The position numbers and the translations under genes are program-made. This document shows, piece after piece, positions 1 through 13,186 of a stretch of DNA of 64,000 nt. The stretch is from Marsupella aquatica. Its lineage: Eukaryota > Plantae > Marchantiophyta. Every line of letters starts with the position of its first letter. Position 1 is the first letter of the stretch. The DNA lies in contig OZ316892.1 in NCBI GenBank assembly GCA_973895155.1, positions 19,073,457-19,137,456 on the forward strand. The letters are read 5' to 3'. A model generated the notes under the pieces. It ran no database searches. It worked only from the letters and a program-made list of their open reading frames with translations, and was not told the origin of the DNA.

Positions 1-177
1 AGCAGCTTAAGCTTTAGAGTGAATTCAGGGAGAGTTGTCTGAGCAGAACCTGGTTGTGGCAATTACTCAGCAGTCCTTGGCATTCTCTTGGATTGTAGTT
101 TTGGTGCCTTGGACGTCCTAGGCATTGTAACGTGAATAATAGAATCTGATCACAGAGGCTGCAAACTTATATTGTAG

Positions 178-370
178 GGTCTAGAGACATCTACATTTAG
201 ACCATTCCATCCCAAGTGATTGGCCTACCAACACCTATTCCTGAAATGAGCTTTCAGAGTTAAAGAGTGTGTTTCTCTCTAGAGACTTCTACTTCGTTTA
301 GACCGTTGCACCTCGAGTGAGCGGCCCACCAACACCCACTTGTTCCTGAAAATTGGCTTTTCATAGTTAA
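178..370. repeat. Diverged direct duplication of about 100 bp
   Basis: CTAGAGAC(A/T)TCTAC...TTTAGACC...GGCC(T/C)ACCAACACC...TTCCTGAAA occurs twice (from about 181 and about 278). Confidence 0.6.
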
Positions 371-1137
371 GAGTCTATTTCGGACTTTAATCCACGGCCA
401 ACTACCGACAGCCTTGTGGCCCTGTTAAGACTAAAGAAGATCCTATCCAGTAAAGGTGTGAATGAGTCCAGTTATTGAGGCATTTAATACAATTCATTAA
501 AACTAGTTGTTGGCACTACGTATGAATTGTTTTCAACAAAGACATTCCAGTGATAAAAGACCCCAAAAAAGTTTGTGGGTGTTCAGTAGAATCTAACCGG
601 CCTTGTGTTACAAATTGTGGAGACAACGGAGCTAGACACATTGTAGTGGTAGAAGACCAATTTTCTTCTAGTGTGTGTTCAGTAAAATCTAAGCGGCCTT
701 ATGTTAGAGTGGTGGAGACTAACTGACTAAGGGAGCTCGACGACTGTGCAAAATGGAGCTGAAATGTATGAATAATGTCGTGCGGGCCAACATCTACTGC
801 GAGAAGGAGTATAATCTTTTCCGCCTATGAATGTCTGTGACTTCCAATTGAAAGGGTGTCCATTTAGTTGGACATTTCACATTTAGAATAGTCTGGCTAT
901 AGTGACGAGACGAGGCACGAAGAATGGGAATGGCTCCAAACAAACAGCCTCCTCAGAGGTTCTATCCACTGCGGGCAGCTGACAGGTTAGCTCACAGTCC
1001 GAGCAAATATCTGGGAAGGAGGTAGTCATATCCTTGGATTTGAAGGAATTACTCATCACGGCCAGGATGGGATGAAGTAATTAAGAGTACACCAGATACA
1101 CAAACAAATGAATTGAATTCATTCGAGTCAAACGATC

Positions 1138-1265
1138 CCCCAAAAAGGGCTAGGGATGCAAAGTACACAAATGCATAAAACAAATATGGACAATGAGAGG
1201 ACCCCAAAAAGGGCCAGGGATGCAAAGTACACGAATGCATAAAACAAATATGGACAATGAGAGGA
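1138..1265. repeat. Tandem duplication, 64 bp x 2
   Basis: CCCCAAAAAGGGC(T/C)AGGGATGCAAAGTACAC(A/G)AATGCATAAAACAAATATGGACAATGAGAGGA occurs twice. Confidence 0.85.
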
Positions 1266-2159
1266 ACTAAAGTGGCTGACACACTTTCACCTAAATTGTC
1301 TTCTCTATCTGCACTAATTGTTGAATGAACAGGGTCATGAATGCATGGTGCTCACGAGCTGTTGTAGGATTTCTCCAAAGAAATATGCACCTGAGTTGGG
1401 AGGGAGAGCGAAGACTCTATAGCTCTGAATCTGAGACTGCAATATAGCCAGAACACTGTCATCCGAAGAAGCAATCGGTCAATTGCTGAAGCACGAAACA
1501 GTCAACGATGAACCTTCAGTGGAACTGGTTTCCACTGAGCACATGATGATAACAACTTCCAAGAAGGAGAACGGACTCAGAGCAGAGATGCCCCTTGACA
1601 TGCTGTTGCTTGAGCTGTATTAGCATGTTCACTAATGGGAATAAATTATTTACCTAATTTTCTTAATTAATTTATGATCGTTAGATCTAGCGAATGGGGT
1701 CTGTGATTTAAGGTGGGAATTTCCTTATCTAATTTCTTTATACCAACTTGTTCCATCTCCCTAGATTTAAGGATAGTCTTCAGGTTTTTTACTAATGAGG
1801 TCTAAGTGAGAAAAGGGCTACTCAAAGACAGAAAAACCTGGTCAAAGAATCTTAAAAAGTGACCAAGAATTTTGGCAAAATTTGGCTAGTATTAGTCACG
1901 GAGAAAACTGTGATTATGTCACCAGACTCACAGGGCCGACACCAAGTCCAGCAGCCGCTTCAGTCCAACCTCCACGTGGAGTCAATGACGGCCTCTTCAG
2001 TCCAACCTCCAGGTGGAGTCATTGACGGGCCGGGCGAGGTCGTTCCAGCCGCAAAACCCGCGACATGACCCTACAGTCCTACACCCCCCGGGTCCCCAGG
2101 TTACCCGGAACTCCCCTGTCTCGTGCTCTGGCTTCTCTTTGCTTCTTTGTCGTCTCTCC

Positions 2160-2605
2160 TTGCCCTAGCCTTTTACGTCCGCCCTCGCTCCGCCCCTGTC
2201 CTGGACACCTGTTCTGATGACCCTAGCCATCACTTCTGCCCTGGCTCCGCCCGTGTTCTGAATACCTTAGCCGTCACATCTGCCCTCGCTCCGCCCCTGT
2301 CCTAGGACCTGTTCGGATAACATTCACTTCTGTCCTGGCTCCGCCCTTGTCCTGGGACTTGTTCTGAAGACCTTATTAGCCTTCACGTTCCGCCGCTTTC
2401 CTGGATCTGTTCTGAAGACCCTAGCCTTCACGTCTGCCCTTGCTCGCCCCTGTCCTGGGAATCTGGGACCTGTTCTGAAGACCCTAGCCTTCACTACTTC
2501 TGCCCTCGCTCCGCCCCTGCCCTGGACCTGTTCTGACGAGACAGGGGCACAGGCTTCTACCATGCCTCGTGCTGGCCCTCGCTGTGCCCCTGTCCTGGAC
2601 CGGTT
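2160..2605. repeat. GC-rich minisatellite (about 55-65-bp unit, about 6-7 copies) upstream of PQQL
   Basis: Recurrent unit CCCTAGCCTTCACGTCTGCCCTCGCTCCGCCCCTGTCCTGGACCTGTTCTGAAGA. Confidence 0.85.
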
Positions 2606-2650
2606 CTGGAGCGAGCACCCGCCGCTGCTGGGACGCGCACCGCAGTGGAC

Positions 2651-2680
2651 AGGGCAGGGCAGGGCAGGGCAGGGCAGGGC
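2651..2680 (+). repeat. (AGGGC)6 microsatellite, potential G-quadruplex
   Basis: Six perfect AGGGC units are directly visible. Confidence 0.9.
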
Positions 2681-3062
2681 AATACAGAGTAGAGGGGATC
2701 CAACGAGCGAGGCTCGAGGTGCAGGATGGCAACATCCAAAATTTGGTGAGGACCTACAGTACCCGGGAGGGTGAGGGCAGAGGATCTCTCGTATGGCAGG
2801 AAGGATTCATCGTTTTGGCCTCATCAGGCTCGCCGACTGAGCTTTGGACAGAGGCAGCAAATTGTATTACGCTTGTCGCGAAGAATGGCAGGCCGCAGAT
2901 CGATCCCGAGCGCCGGTTTCTGAACTCAATCGGGAGGGGGGTCGGTAGCGGAAGCATTTTGCTCCGGAGATTCGCGAAGGAGACGAGAGTGGTGGACAGA
3001 GGAGGACGTACAGACAGAGGAGGCGGACAGGGGAGGAGTTACACGAGTGTGTTCACAGGAGG

Positions 3063-6000
3063 ATGAACGCGTTGCGGGCGCCTGGCGTTGAATCTCCGCT
3101 TCCCATAGTCGGTTCCAACGCCGGAGGATTCAAGTCGCTCAAGCTTCTCAGTGTCAAATCTTCGGACCCTCTCCCGGTTGGCCCTATCGGCGTCCAATAT
3201 GGTGTCCTGTCTAACGGTCTTCGTTACTACGTCCGCCGAAACCCCAAACCTCGCTTGCGAGCGGCACTTGCGCTTGGCGTCCGAGTCGGGTAAGTTCTCC
3301 TGCCTGGACTGCAAATGTTTTTGACCTGAAGATCGATCCAAGAAGGATGAATGCCTTTCAAACGCACGGGGGTGAGTCCATTGACGGAATCCTTCCCCTG
3401 TTTCGCTGGTCCCGGTAGTGCCGCAGTAATGCAGGCGGTTTCACTGCGGATTACTCGTTATACTGCAGTGAGCAGATCCGAAGGCGTGAAATTTTGGACT
3501 CCAGCTGCCAGGGAAAGCCTGGATAGCTGTTATAATGATAATCACTGAAATATGTAGGGAGGTTGATATCAGCTCTCTGTTCTGACTGTTCAATCATCCA
3601 AACGCCAGAATTAAGAATTAGTTGTTGGTTATAACATTAAAGCAAGTCGTTGAACTAGGAACTGAAAATCCTTTTGCAATATGAGTTTGTTCCCAATATA
3701 TGTATTCTCTTTCTTGAGATTCAACCACTCGATCCTTAGGACGTTTAGGGTTTATCCTGCAAGATCCCCTGCAATCCAATTCTTAGAAATCACGAATGTT
3801 TTACAACATAGTATTTTTTGCTGAAACTTTTTCTCCTAGGCAAAATATTTCAAAGGTCCCCTAAAAATGGCTTCTTTGTTGGCCAAAGCCGTCAAGTATT
3901 TCGCATCGAGGGTTGCTGTCAGGGTTGCGTGATATAGCTGAACGCCACAGAGAAGAATGTTGTGCTTGGCATTGATTGCGTTTGAGTTTTACATGGTCGT
4001 TGCCAATAGTTTTGGACAACAATATATATCAGGTGATGCTAGTGAATTAACTGCCTGTGATAAGCGGGGCCAAATGGATGTCTGTCTCCGAATGTAATCA
4101 TTACTATGCATTGACCGTTATGATAGTGATTTGGAGTAGCCTAGATGATCTGCATACCTAAGGTCGATACTACTAGAAATGGGATCTTGCACGTGGCTTT
4201 GGTAGCTCATGCGCAGAATCTGGATTAGAGAATAATATACGAGAATTTCATCAGAATTTGTCTTTTTATTCATGTTATCTGGTTCGAATGGGAATAACAA
4301 TTCGGACGAATGAATTCTGGAGTGCAGCTCTGTGCTGGAGCTGGAGGAAGAGCGAGGTGTTGCTCACATTGTAGAACATCTGGCGTTCAGTGCAACTAGG
4401 CGCTACACAAATCATGATATAGTCAGGTTCCTTGAAAGTGTTGGAGCAGAATTTGGAGCTTGTCAGAATGCTTCAACGTCCCACGATGAGACAATCTACG
4501 AGCTCGTGGTTCCTATTGATAAGCCTGAATTATTGTCACAGGCTCTTTCAATTCTTGCCGAGTTCAGTACAGAGGCAAGTTGCTCATTCCGCAATTCTCG
4601 TCAGACAGCTCGTTGGAGCTGTATAGTTGCAGCGAGTATCCGAAATTGATGTCGAGTGAACCAGATGTTAATCTAAAAGTTGTAGATTTTCTGAGGTCTT
4701 CAATTTCCTTGTGAGGACAGGTTCGAGTATCTGAAGAAGACTTGGAGAAAGAAAGAGGAGCTGTACTGGAGGAGTTACGGGGTAGTCGGAATGCTTTGGG
4801 ACGAATGCAAGAAGCTCACTGGGTCCTGATGATGAAAGGATCTCAGGTTGTTATTGAACCTGCTTTATGCCCAACATTGGGCTGGAGAAGAATAGGCGCA
4901 ATTTATAAATTCTCTGCAAGACTGCAACAGTTGTTTGGCAAAAGTTGCAGTATCATCGTAAGATTGGTAGCAAATTGTTGACTGTTGTTCCTTGCTTCAC
5001 CTCGTCACGTGACAGTATGCTGATCGGCAGCCAATCGGTTTAGAGAAGGTGATTAGAAATTGCACGGCAAAAACAGTAAAGGAGTTTTATCAGAAATGGT
5101 ATCATCCTGAGCATATGGCGATTTTGGCAGTTGGTGACTTTCCAGATGTTGAGGTATTTGATCGACCTTACTACCGTTGAGTTAGAAATATGCAACTTGC
5201 CAACACTTGCTTGCGAATGTTTTTCAAGTTGAATTTTCTGACATCATGAATATGACATACCCAATTATGCCTGAGAAAGCAAGACGAGGACTGTCATTTG
5301 AAATTTGTTTCCATGCTTCCTTTTTGTTGCAGGAGGTCGTAGAACTTATAAAGACCCACTTTGAAGAAAAGCAGGGTGTCCCAACCGAATCTCCCCTAAC
5401 TATTCCCTTTTCTCCTGTTCCATCCCATGAGGAACCCCGCTTCTCATGTTTTGCAGAAGCAGAAGCAGGAGGGGTAAGTCCTGCACCTACTTAAAAAACT
5501 GGAGCGATGCTTCGGTTTTATCGTCTTCACACCCAGAAGCTCTGGCCTTGGTAGTGACCCTTGCTTTGGGATTCATGCCAACTCTAAAAATATATACTGA
5601 CAGTATAGTTTGTCCACGTCTGTTCGTTCCTTTCTGTTCGAGAACGACTAGACTTAGATGGAGAAATATGAAATGCTTGCTGCAAGGATTTGAACGTGAA
5701 GAATCTGGATGGCTTTCTCCAAAGTTTGATAATATGACTAGGAATTATGACCCACTTTTTTGTCGAATGTGGATTTCAGTCAGCCGTGATGTTAAGCTGC
5801 AAGATTCCTTCCACGGATATTGTGACAATTGCAGACTACCGATTTTCATTAGCAGAGGGAATGTTCCACAATGCTTTGAATCAAAGGTTTTTTAAGATCT
5901 CTCGAAAACAAGACCCGCCATTCTTTTCTTGTAGCACATCAAGTGAAGCTTTTGTCCGCCCAGTGAAAGCGTACATCATGTCTGCAAATTGTAAAGAGAG

Positions 6001-9000
6001 AGGAACTCTGCAAGCATTGGAGAGCATGCTTACAGAGGTGAGTGCCAATCTGACCACCGGTCTGAACTTTCTGTCCCATGCCTCAACAGGATACATGTCA
6101 GTGATTTGTTTGATTGGATCCTTTCACAGAGAAGCAGAGTTTCATACCGTAGTGTTTAAACCCAGTAGTGGTGTCAAGATGCCACCAAAACCTAGGATTT
6201 TAGCATCTTCATTTCCTGATATCCGATTACTCTGTTTTGCAGGTTGCTAGGGTACGTCTTCATGGATTTTCAGATCGGGAGATAGCACTTGTTAGAGCCT
6301 TCCTGATGGCTGACATCGAATCTGCCTACTTGGAGAAGGACCAAGTGCCATCTACTAGTTTGAGAGATGAGTACCTTCAGGTATTGATTCATGTGTTCAG
6401 CGCATTTGCCTGTTATATGTCATGCATGCTTGGATTTTGTCACCGTTTGTAGTCCTGAGGCCACCAGACTGTCTGTTCTGTTATCTTCCAGCATTTTCTT
6501 CGTGGAGAGCCTGTGTTGGGGATAGAGTACGAGGCGCAACTTCAAAAGACTCTTCTTCCAGGCAAGACCCTATTGCTGTCCTCCCTCTCCTCCACACTAC
6601 GTTGGAACTTGAGGCATATTCGCTGTGTTAAAGTCTGGTCCTATCTCGTAAGCACAACAAATTTTGGAAGTCTTGGTGTTGATCCTTGGGGTACGACTCA
6701 CCGTGATGAACTATTTTAGCTTGCCTTTCTCACCTTGATTCTTCTTCTGTGGCAGATATTACGGCTGCAGAGGTTGCAAAGATTGCAGACTTCTACTTGA
6801 GCAAGAATAGCTGTGTTGTGAAGACCGTGGAACCTCGCGCACGTGTAACACCAGAAGCCTTGAAAGGTGTACTTCGTAAAGTTGAAGCTCTTGAGAGCAG
6901 TGGTGACCTCTCCCAGTGGGATGAAGAATTGATACCGGATGACATAGTGGATAGAAAGCCTATTCCGGGGTATGACTGAAACTATGTACCACATCCTTGG
7001 TGTTATAGGTTTTAGTAGCAGACTATATTCGTGTTTCAAATTGCTGTTGAAAGATGTTTTGATGCCCTGTTACACTTCAAGGACATGCGAGACAGAATTT
7101 GCATGTCATGAACGATAACAGGATTTTTTCACAGCAACTCGCAGCAGGAACAGTCGCTAAATATCGTCATGGCATCAGTCGACCTTTGGTTTGCACGCAT
7201 ACGCTGATTATGCTGAGTGATGACAAGCTGATGAAATGCGCTGTTTAGCTGCGATGCATTCTTGGGCTTGAGGGAATGGGTGATTCCCATAGAACGAGTT
7301 CTTAACTGTTTGCTGGTGCTACAGGTCTATTGAATCCACTACTGAGTTTCCAGAGTTTGGTGCAACAGAGTTAATATTAAGTAATGGGATGAGAGTGTGC
7401 TATAAATGCACCGACTTCCTGGATGATCAGGTTGAGCCCGGTTCTCGTTGTCTTTTCATAAACGGTTTCGTTACCCTGAATATATTATGAAATCATTTGG
7501 GACGATGTCGTCGGCAGAAACTGCTTGCTTCCTTAATAAAAAGATTTCAGAGCTAGTATCTTGTCCTCTTCGTGATAACTTTGCACTGGAAATGATCTGG
7601 CCTGTAACGAAACAAATTGACTCGTCCTGACAGGTTCTTATAAATGGCTATACCTACGGTGGCCTCTCTGAGGTCTTGGAGAGTGAATTTCTTTCCTGTT
7701 CTATGGGGTCAACAATTGCTGGTGAAATCGGTGTGTTTGGTCATAGACCATCTATGTTGTTGGACATGCTTGCTGGCAAGAGAGCCGAGGTTGGAACAAA
7801 GGTTGGAGCATACATGAGGACATTCTCAGGTGATTGCTCACCTGCGGATCTAGAAACTGCTCTCCAGGTACCCGAACTATGTTCATTCCTCTATTTCGGC
7901 ATGTTTGGCAATTAATTCGCTGTTCACTGCTATTGTCTTGAATATGTGATGTTTTCCTTTTCAATAACTTTGCACTTACTTCCTTTGATGCACGTAATTT
8001 TCAGCTGCTGTATCAATTGTTTATCACCTCAGTTCAGCCAGGAGATGAGGAAGTGAGACTAGTCATGCAGATGACCAGAGAGGCTATCAAGGCACAAGAA
8101 CGAGATCCTTTTACTGCATATGCTAATCGTGTTCGTGAGCTCAACTATGGCAATTCATATTATTTCAAGGTACCGCCGAATTCCGCTCCGTGACGCACGT
8201 ACAAGTACTTTATTGACGAACATTATTTCCTCACCAGTTCTTTCCTGTCTCGACTGAAGATGCTGTTATCTTCCTTCTTCTTTCCTTTTGCAGCCTGTTA
8301 CAGCAAGAGATTTGGGCAAGGTTGACCCGAAGAAAGCCTGCCAATATTTCGATAATTGTTTTAAGGATCCTTCATCGTTTACAGTTGCCATTGTGGGCAA
8401 TATTGAACCTGACAAAGCTATACCTCTGATCCTTCAGTACATGGTAAGATACATTCTCCTTAGCGCAACTCTGTGACGTGAATGCATCAGTTGCCCAACT
8501 TAATGGTGAATTTTTCCACATTCATACATCTAAAATGTCTTGGACAGGGAGGTATTCCAAAACCGGAAATGCCAATGATGACATATCAACGTGATGAATT
8601 GAGGGCTTTGCCATTCACGTTTCCGGATGGGATTGTAAGGTATGGTTGTTTCTGTTCTTCTTGTGATTCAAAGATGTGGCAGCCTCAACATTTATGAATT
8701 ACGTCCTTGTCACTGTGTTCTGGAAGGAATAGACACATAGTATACACAAGAATGAGTACATTTTGTCCTAGATTGGGCCTGGTGAGCTTGTTTGGAACGT
8801 GAGGTGCTGATCTTAGGTAAGTGGAACTCTAGAGATTTTCCTTGTTGTCCAGATGCATCAATCAAGCCCGATCACGTACATGCACATGGTAATCATAACT
8901 GTACATCCGTACTGGGCGCGATGCAAGATTGCAATTTTGGTCGTCTGTCCTGTTGAACTATTACGGGAGTGGATTCACTTAGAGTGAGTGTTTTGCGAGA

Positions 9001-11012
9001 TTAAGATGACTGGCGTTTTGACAAAATGGGTTTTGATGGACAGGGAAGAAGTGCGACGTTACATGGTGGAGGCACAATGTTCCGTGCAAATAACCTTCCC
9101 TGTGGAATTCAAAGGGCCTCAAGTTGTGAGTACAACGAGTCCCCTGTCTGCTCCCGAAAAACTAATTCCCTTTCAATTTTAACAATATCACAATTTGAGT
9201 TTTCTTCCCTTTTGGAGCTGGAAATCTAGTCTATGAAATATCTCGTCGTTGGTTATGTAGATACCCATACTGGCTTTAATCAACAGTCTGTAGGCTTGAG
9301 GAGAAGAGAAAAAAGCATTACACGGCCCTTTTGCTTGAGTCTTTACTTGGCGGTATGTCAAATATGTTTAGTATGTGACTGGCTTGAAGTAATTAGAGAG
9401 TGTTACATCTCTTGACTTTTATTCTTCTTGTTGAAAGATGACCGAGGTTCATTTTACTGGATTCATCTGCAAGTTGCTAGACACCAAAATCATGCAGGTT
9501 CTTCGTTTCAAGCATGGCCAGGTACACCTTTCTTATCATTTTTTGTAACTTATGACGTTCGATCATTTACCGTCTATTGTTGTGTTGTCCCTATGCAGGG
9601 TAGGACTACGCCTTTATTCTTGACGTGGGTTTGAATGCCATTGTGCAGGTGTACTCTGTAGCTGTTTCAGCATTTCTTGGCGGAAGCAAACCATCAAGGT
9701 CTGGAAATGTCCGGGGTGATGTTGCAATTAACTTCTCTTGTGACCCGGACAGTGCATGGAATCTGGTAAGCATTGCTCCTGATTCATGCTCCTACAGAAA
9801 GGTCAGGAGTACTGGTGGGATTAAAAGTAGCGATTTCTTAGGTTAGTTAAATGTAGCTCTAGCTGCATTTAGTGGACATTTGGTTTATGGAGTTGTATGT
9901 AAACTTTGGTGAAGGTGGATCTGGCATTAGAAGAGGTGACTCGTCTGCAAGTGGAAGGACCCTCTGAAGAAGATGTTGCTACTGTATTGGAGCTCGAGCA
10001 ACGAACATATGAGAATGGCCAGCAGGTTTGTTTCTTAAATTGATTCGAGTCACAGGTAGTATTTGGCTGGTCATTGTAGTAGTCAGTGCTGAAAGATTGT
10101 CATCCAATTTTTTTCTGAAATACTGGTTTTCCTATAGGAAAACGGATACTGGTTGGATCGATTATTGCGAGCTTATCAGTCTCGAGTCTATACTGGTGAT
10201 CTTAAAGCATCCTTTCAGGTACGATTCTCAATTTTTTTAGCCTTGCGAGACTGTTGTTGTGGTTGTAGTGCTTTTTCTGTTTCGGACTTCTCTGCCAGAA
10301 ACGTTTCTGTTCACTGTCTACTCCCGCGCGTGGCCTGTGGGATGGCTCACTCCTGATCTTCTTTATAGTTACAGGAGATAGAGCAATTACTTTTGGTCGT
10401 ACGTTATTTGAAGTGTTGTGCTTTATATATCCAAACGCACCGCCATGATTCTGAATTATTTCATGAATGCCTATCCATTGGTAGCCTTGTGACGAGTTCT
10501 CCATGGGCGTGCCTCAATCTTACTGCGGGTTGCAAATTGAGATTTCTTTGGTGAAGTGAGTTTGATTGATGGTTGGCTCATTCTCTATTTTTTCTTCTTC
10601 CCGTCACAGGCACAAGAAGAGTGGCGAAATACTGTGAGGTCCGTGTTAACGTCAGCAACAATGAAAGACGCTATGTGCCGAATTTTGCCAGTTCCTTGCA
10701 GGGAACACCACACTGCGGTCACACTGATGCCCAAGCCCCATCACCTGTCTAAGCTGATGGATGCCCTCACAACCCCTGATAAGAGTTTGAGAACTGAAAG
10801 CAAGGTATTTCGTTTGCTCTTGTTGCGAGCCTTGGCATTTGCAATCAAAAGTAAAAGGAGCAAACAGATTAGGAATTCGTTCGTCACAATAATTTATATC
10901 TGTTTGTGTTCATTCTCTGAATTTTCATTGCAAAACTATGCAGGTGGTCTTGGCAACTGCTGGAGTAATATTATTTGGAGCCATTTTGTGGCGTTATTCA
11001 CTGAGATCATGA
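3063..11012 (+). CDS. PQQL: PqqL-like zinc protease (peptidase M16 family), 21 exons, C-terminal hydrophobic anchor
   Basis: Hand-spliced exons: 3063-3289, 4328-4574, 4721-4846, 5016-5153, 5333-5473, 5780-6037, 6243-6380, 6492-6561, 6756-6969, 7325-7430, 7634-7867, 8005-8169, 8294-8443, 8548-8639, 9044-9125, 9438-9521, 9649-9765, 9915-10025, 10138-10218, 10610-10804, 10944-11012. Motifs: LSNGLRYYVRRNPKPRLRAALAL, the inverted zinc motif HIVEH (HxxEH), EKERGAVLEE, a second-half LSNGMRVCYK, and terminal VVLATAGVILFGAILWRYSLRS*. These match plant PQQL-like proteases from recalled family knowledge. Confidence 0.93.
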
Positions 11013-11361
11013 TAATTGTAAATTTCCCTCCAACACAAGAAGTTTGTTTACACTTAGTACACAACATTGATTGCCAGCCATGCGCATGAGAGAGCTGTGT
11101 GCGTGGGTCTTCATTTTTGTTAAATCCCCAGGCGCTTTTGTCCTTGTACAGTTATATGGTCTAGAGTTATGTACAGCAGTGCAGGCTGTGACAACTTTGT
11201 TTCTACTGAAGTAAAGAGGTGCTCTACAAAGCTAAATCTAGCTAAATTTGTTTGGGAACACAAATTGCACACTCGATTTTTAGTGTTAGCAAGAAATTTT
11301 GTTGGGACGCCACATCATGCATCAAGAAAGATTGTACGGCGGTGACTTCATGAGCGTTTCA

Positions 11362-11489
11362 GCCGCTAAGAGATTCTTGAGGATGCTCCAGCAGATGGCT
11401 GTGGAACCGCATCGACTTTGTGCGCCGCTAAGAGATTCTTGAGGGGATGCCGCAATAGATGGCTGTGGAACGGCATCCACTTTGTGCCA
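11362..11489. repeat. Tandem duplication, about 62 bp x 2
   Basis: GCCGCTAAGAGATTCTT...AGATGGCTGTGGAAC...GCATC.ACTTTGTGC occurs twice. Confidence 0.75.
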
Positions 11490-13186
11490 CTCTTTTCTAG
11501 TAGGAAGAACGCTTGTCAGGAAAACCATTGGGGGATGTGTCGAAAGGCTGGTCGGTAAATTGCTAGTGTTTTAGAAATCTAGGACAATATTAAGGAATCT
11601 GGGTTGAGTACATATCGAACAGAATAGACGAAGTCTGTGACACGTTGATCCGCTGGCGCTCCTCTCATTTCCTTCCTGCCACTAAGGATACCAAAACTAC
11701 TGTATCCGTTGCCTTTCCCATAGCGTCCTGTTCTCACTTTTCCGGTGGTTGGAGTGCTAGTGTCACATCATTAGGTTTTCCGATATTAAAATTCAGTCAC
11801 TTAGGCCACTGACCAGAAGGTGTCAGAAAACGTATGAGAAAGTGGTCCGGTTTGGGGTCTTGTGCAGCAGCCCGAAACATCCCAGTGAGGAGTCTCAAGG
11901 CGCCTGGCTATTGGTTTAGAAGAATGTCATTGCGGGCTCTTCTGACTCTAAAATCTTGTAAGGTAGAAAAAAGATGGACGCAGCAAACCGTCATGGTCCA
12001 AGTTTGTATGTGCTGCAGACAACTAGAGATTTCTGGAGATAGTGAGGGTGGAACTCTGTAACTTGCCACTAAATCAAGCAGCTATCTAGAGAAATGACCC
12101 AAGCACCAGAACAATGACTATAAACTGCTGAGGTTCACTACGAATCCTACATAACAAACCCTACCGACAGCAGATAGCGAGCCACCTGCAAGAATTTCCT
12201 TTCTGGTCGCCAGAGTTCAAAAGTAATGAAATTCCACACGTCGATGCGCTTCAGCAGGTAGATTTGAAGTCAAGAAGGTTTAACTTAAAACGATCATGTG
12301 AAAATGCAAGTTCACACTAGATTGGGTCAAAAGCGCCACAGCATTTCGGTAACAAATGATTTCCTTGCTATGCAGTCAACTCTGTGACTACGAGTCTTAA
12401 AGGCTTTAAACCATGATCAGAACAATGCTGAGTCCGGTGCAGTATCAAAGAGGTTGGCCACTTCAGGCCTCCCAATACTGGAGTTAAAATCCTTAAGAAC
12501 AGTTTCAACGTACGGCGAATCATTCCTGAATTCAGAAAGTTAAGACTCTCGTGCCAGATCTTCCACGCTGATACAGGAAGCTGACGTCTTTCTTTGAACA
12601 TCAACAACAATGCCAATGGATCCTATCAATTTCACATGCCTTTGGAACAATATGTCGAGAAGGGATGCCTACTAGAAATTCACTACCTAGCAGCCTCACC
12701 CAATCCATCAATTTCATAAGTCAGTCTTTCGTTAACTGAGGTAGGACGAGCCCCCATCAATTAACAATGGCCTGGGAGCAAAGACGGAACAATTGATCTA
12801 TTTATTTCTGACTGCATACGATGATGCCTCCTTCCTCTTGCATATGTGGCAGAGATTCAAGAAACCTGGCCACACCTTGTCGCTCACAATGCAACAAATG
12901 GAATATGTACAATACTGTACAGACAAAATGTCTTACGCCCACCGACAGAGGCATCACATTCTTTTGGCACTCATTTAGGTTTTACTGATCCTAGCAGTGC
13001 CAAATTTAAAACCTGAAGAAACAAAAACCTTCATGCTACAGTCAAGACATTCTCTGCGTTCGTTTTATCGACAGTGATATGAATGTACCCACATATGAAA
13101 GGGTACAGATCACCTGAAATCGAACACCCTAAGGCCGACCCTGTCCAAGGATCAAACAGTTTCTCCGATAGGAACAGATTGTTTAA

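Noticed and set aside
1-900. Possible LTR retrotransposon remnant
   Set aside because: No partner LTR, PBS, PPT or gag/pol coding sequence is identifiable; only the local duplication is reported.
2324-3066. ORFs with GQGRA/CPALP repeats
   Set aside because: They are translations of the minisatellite and the (AGGGC)n run.
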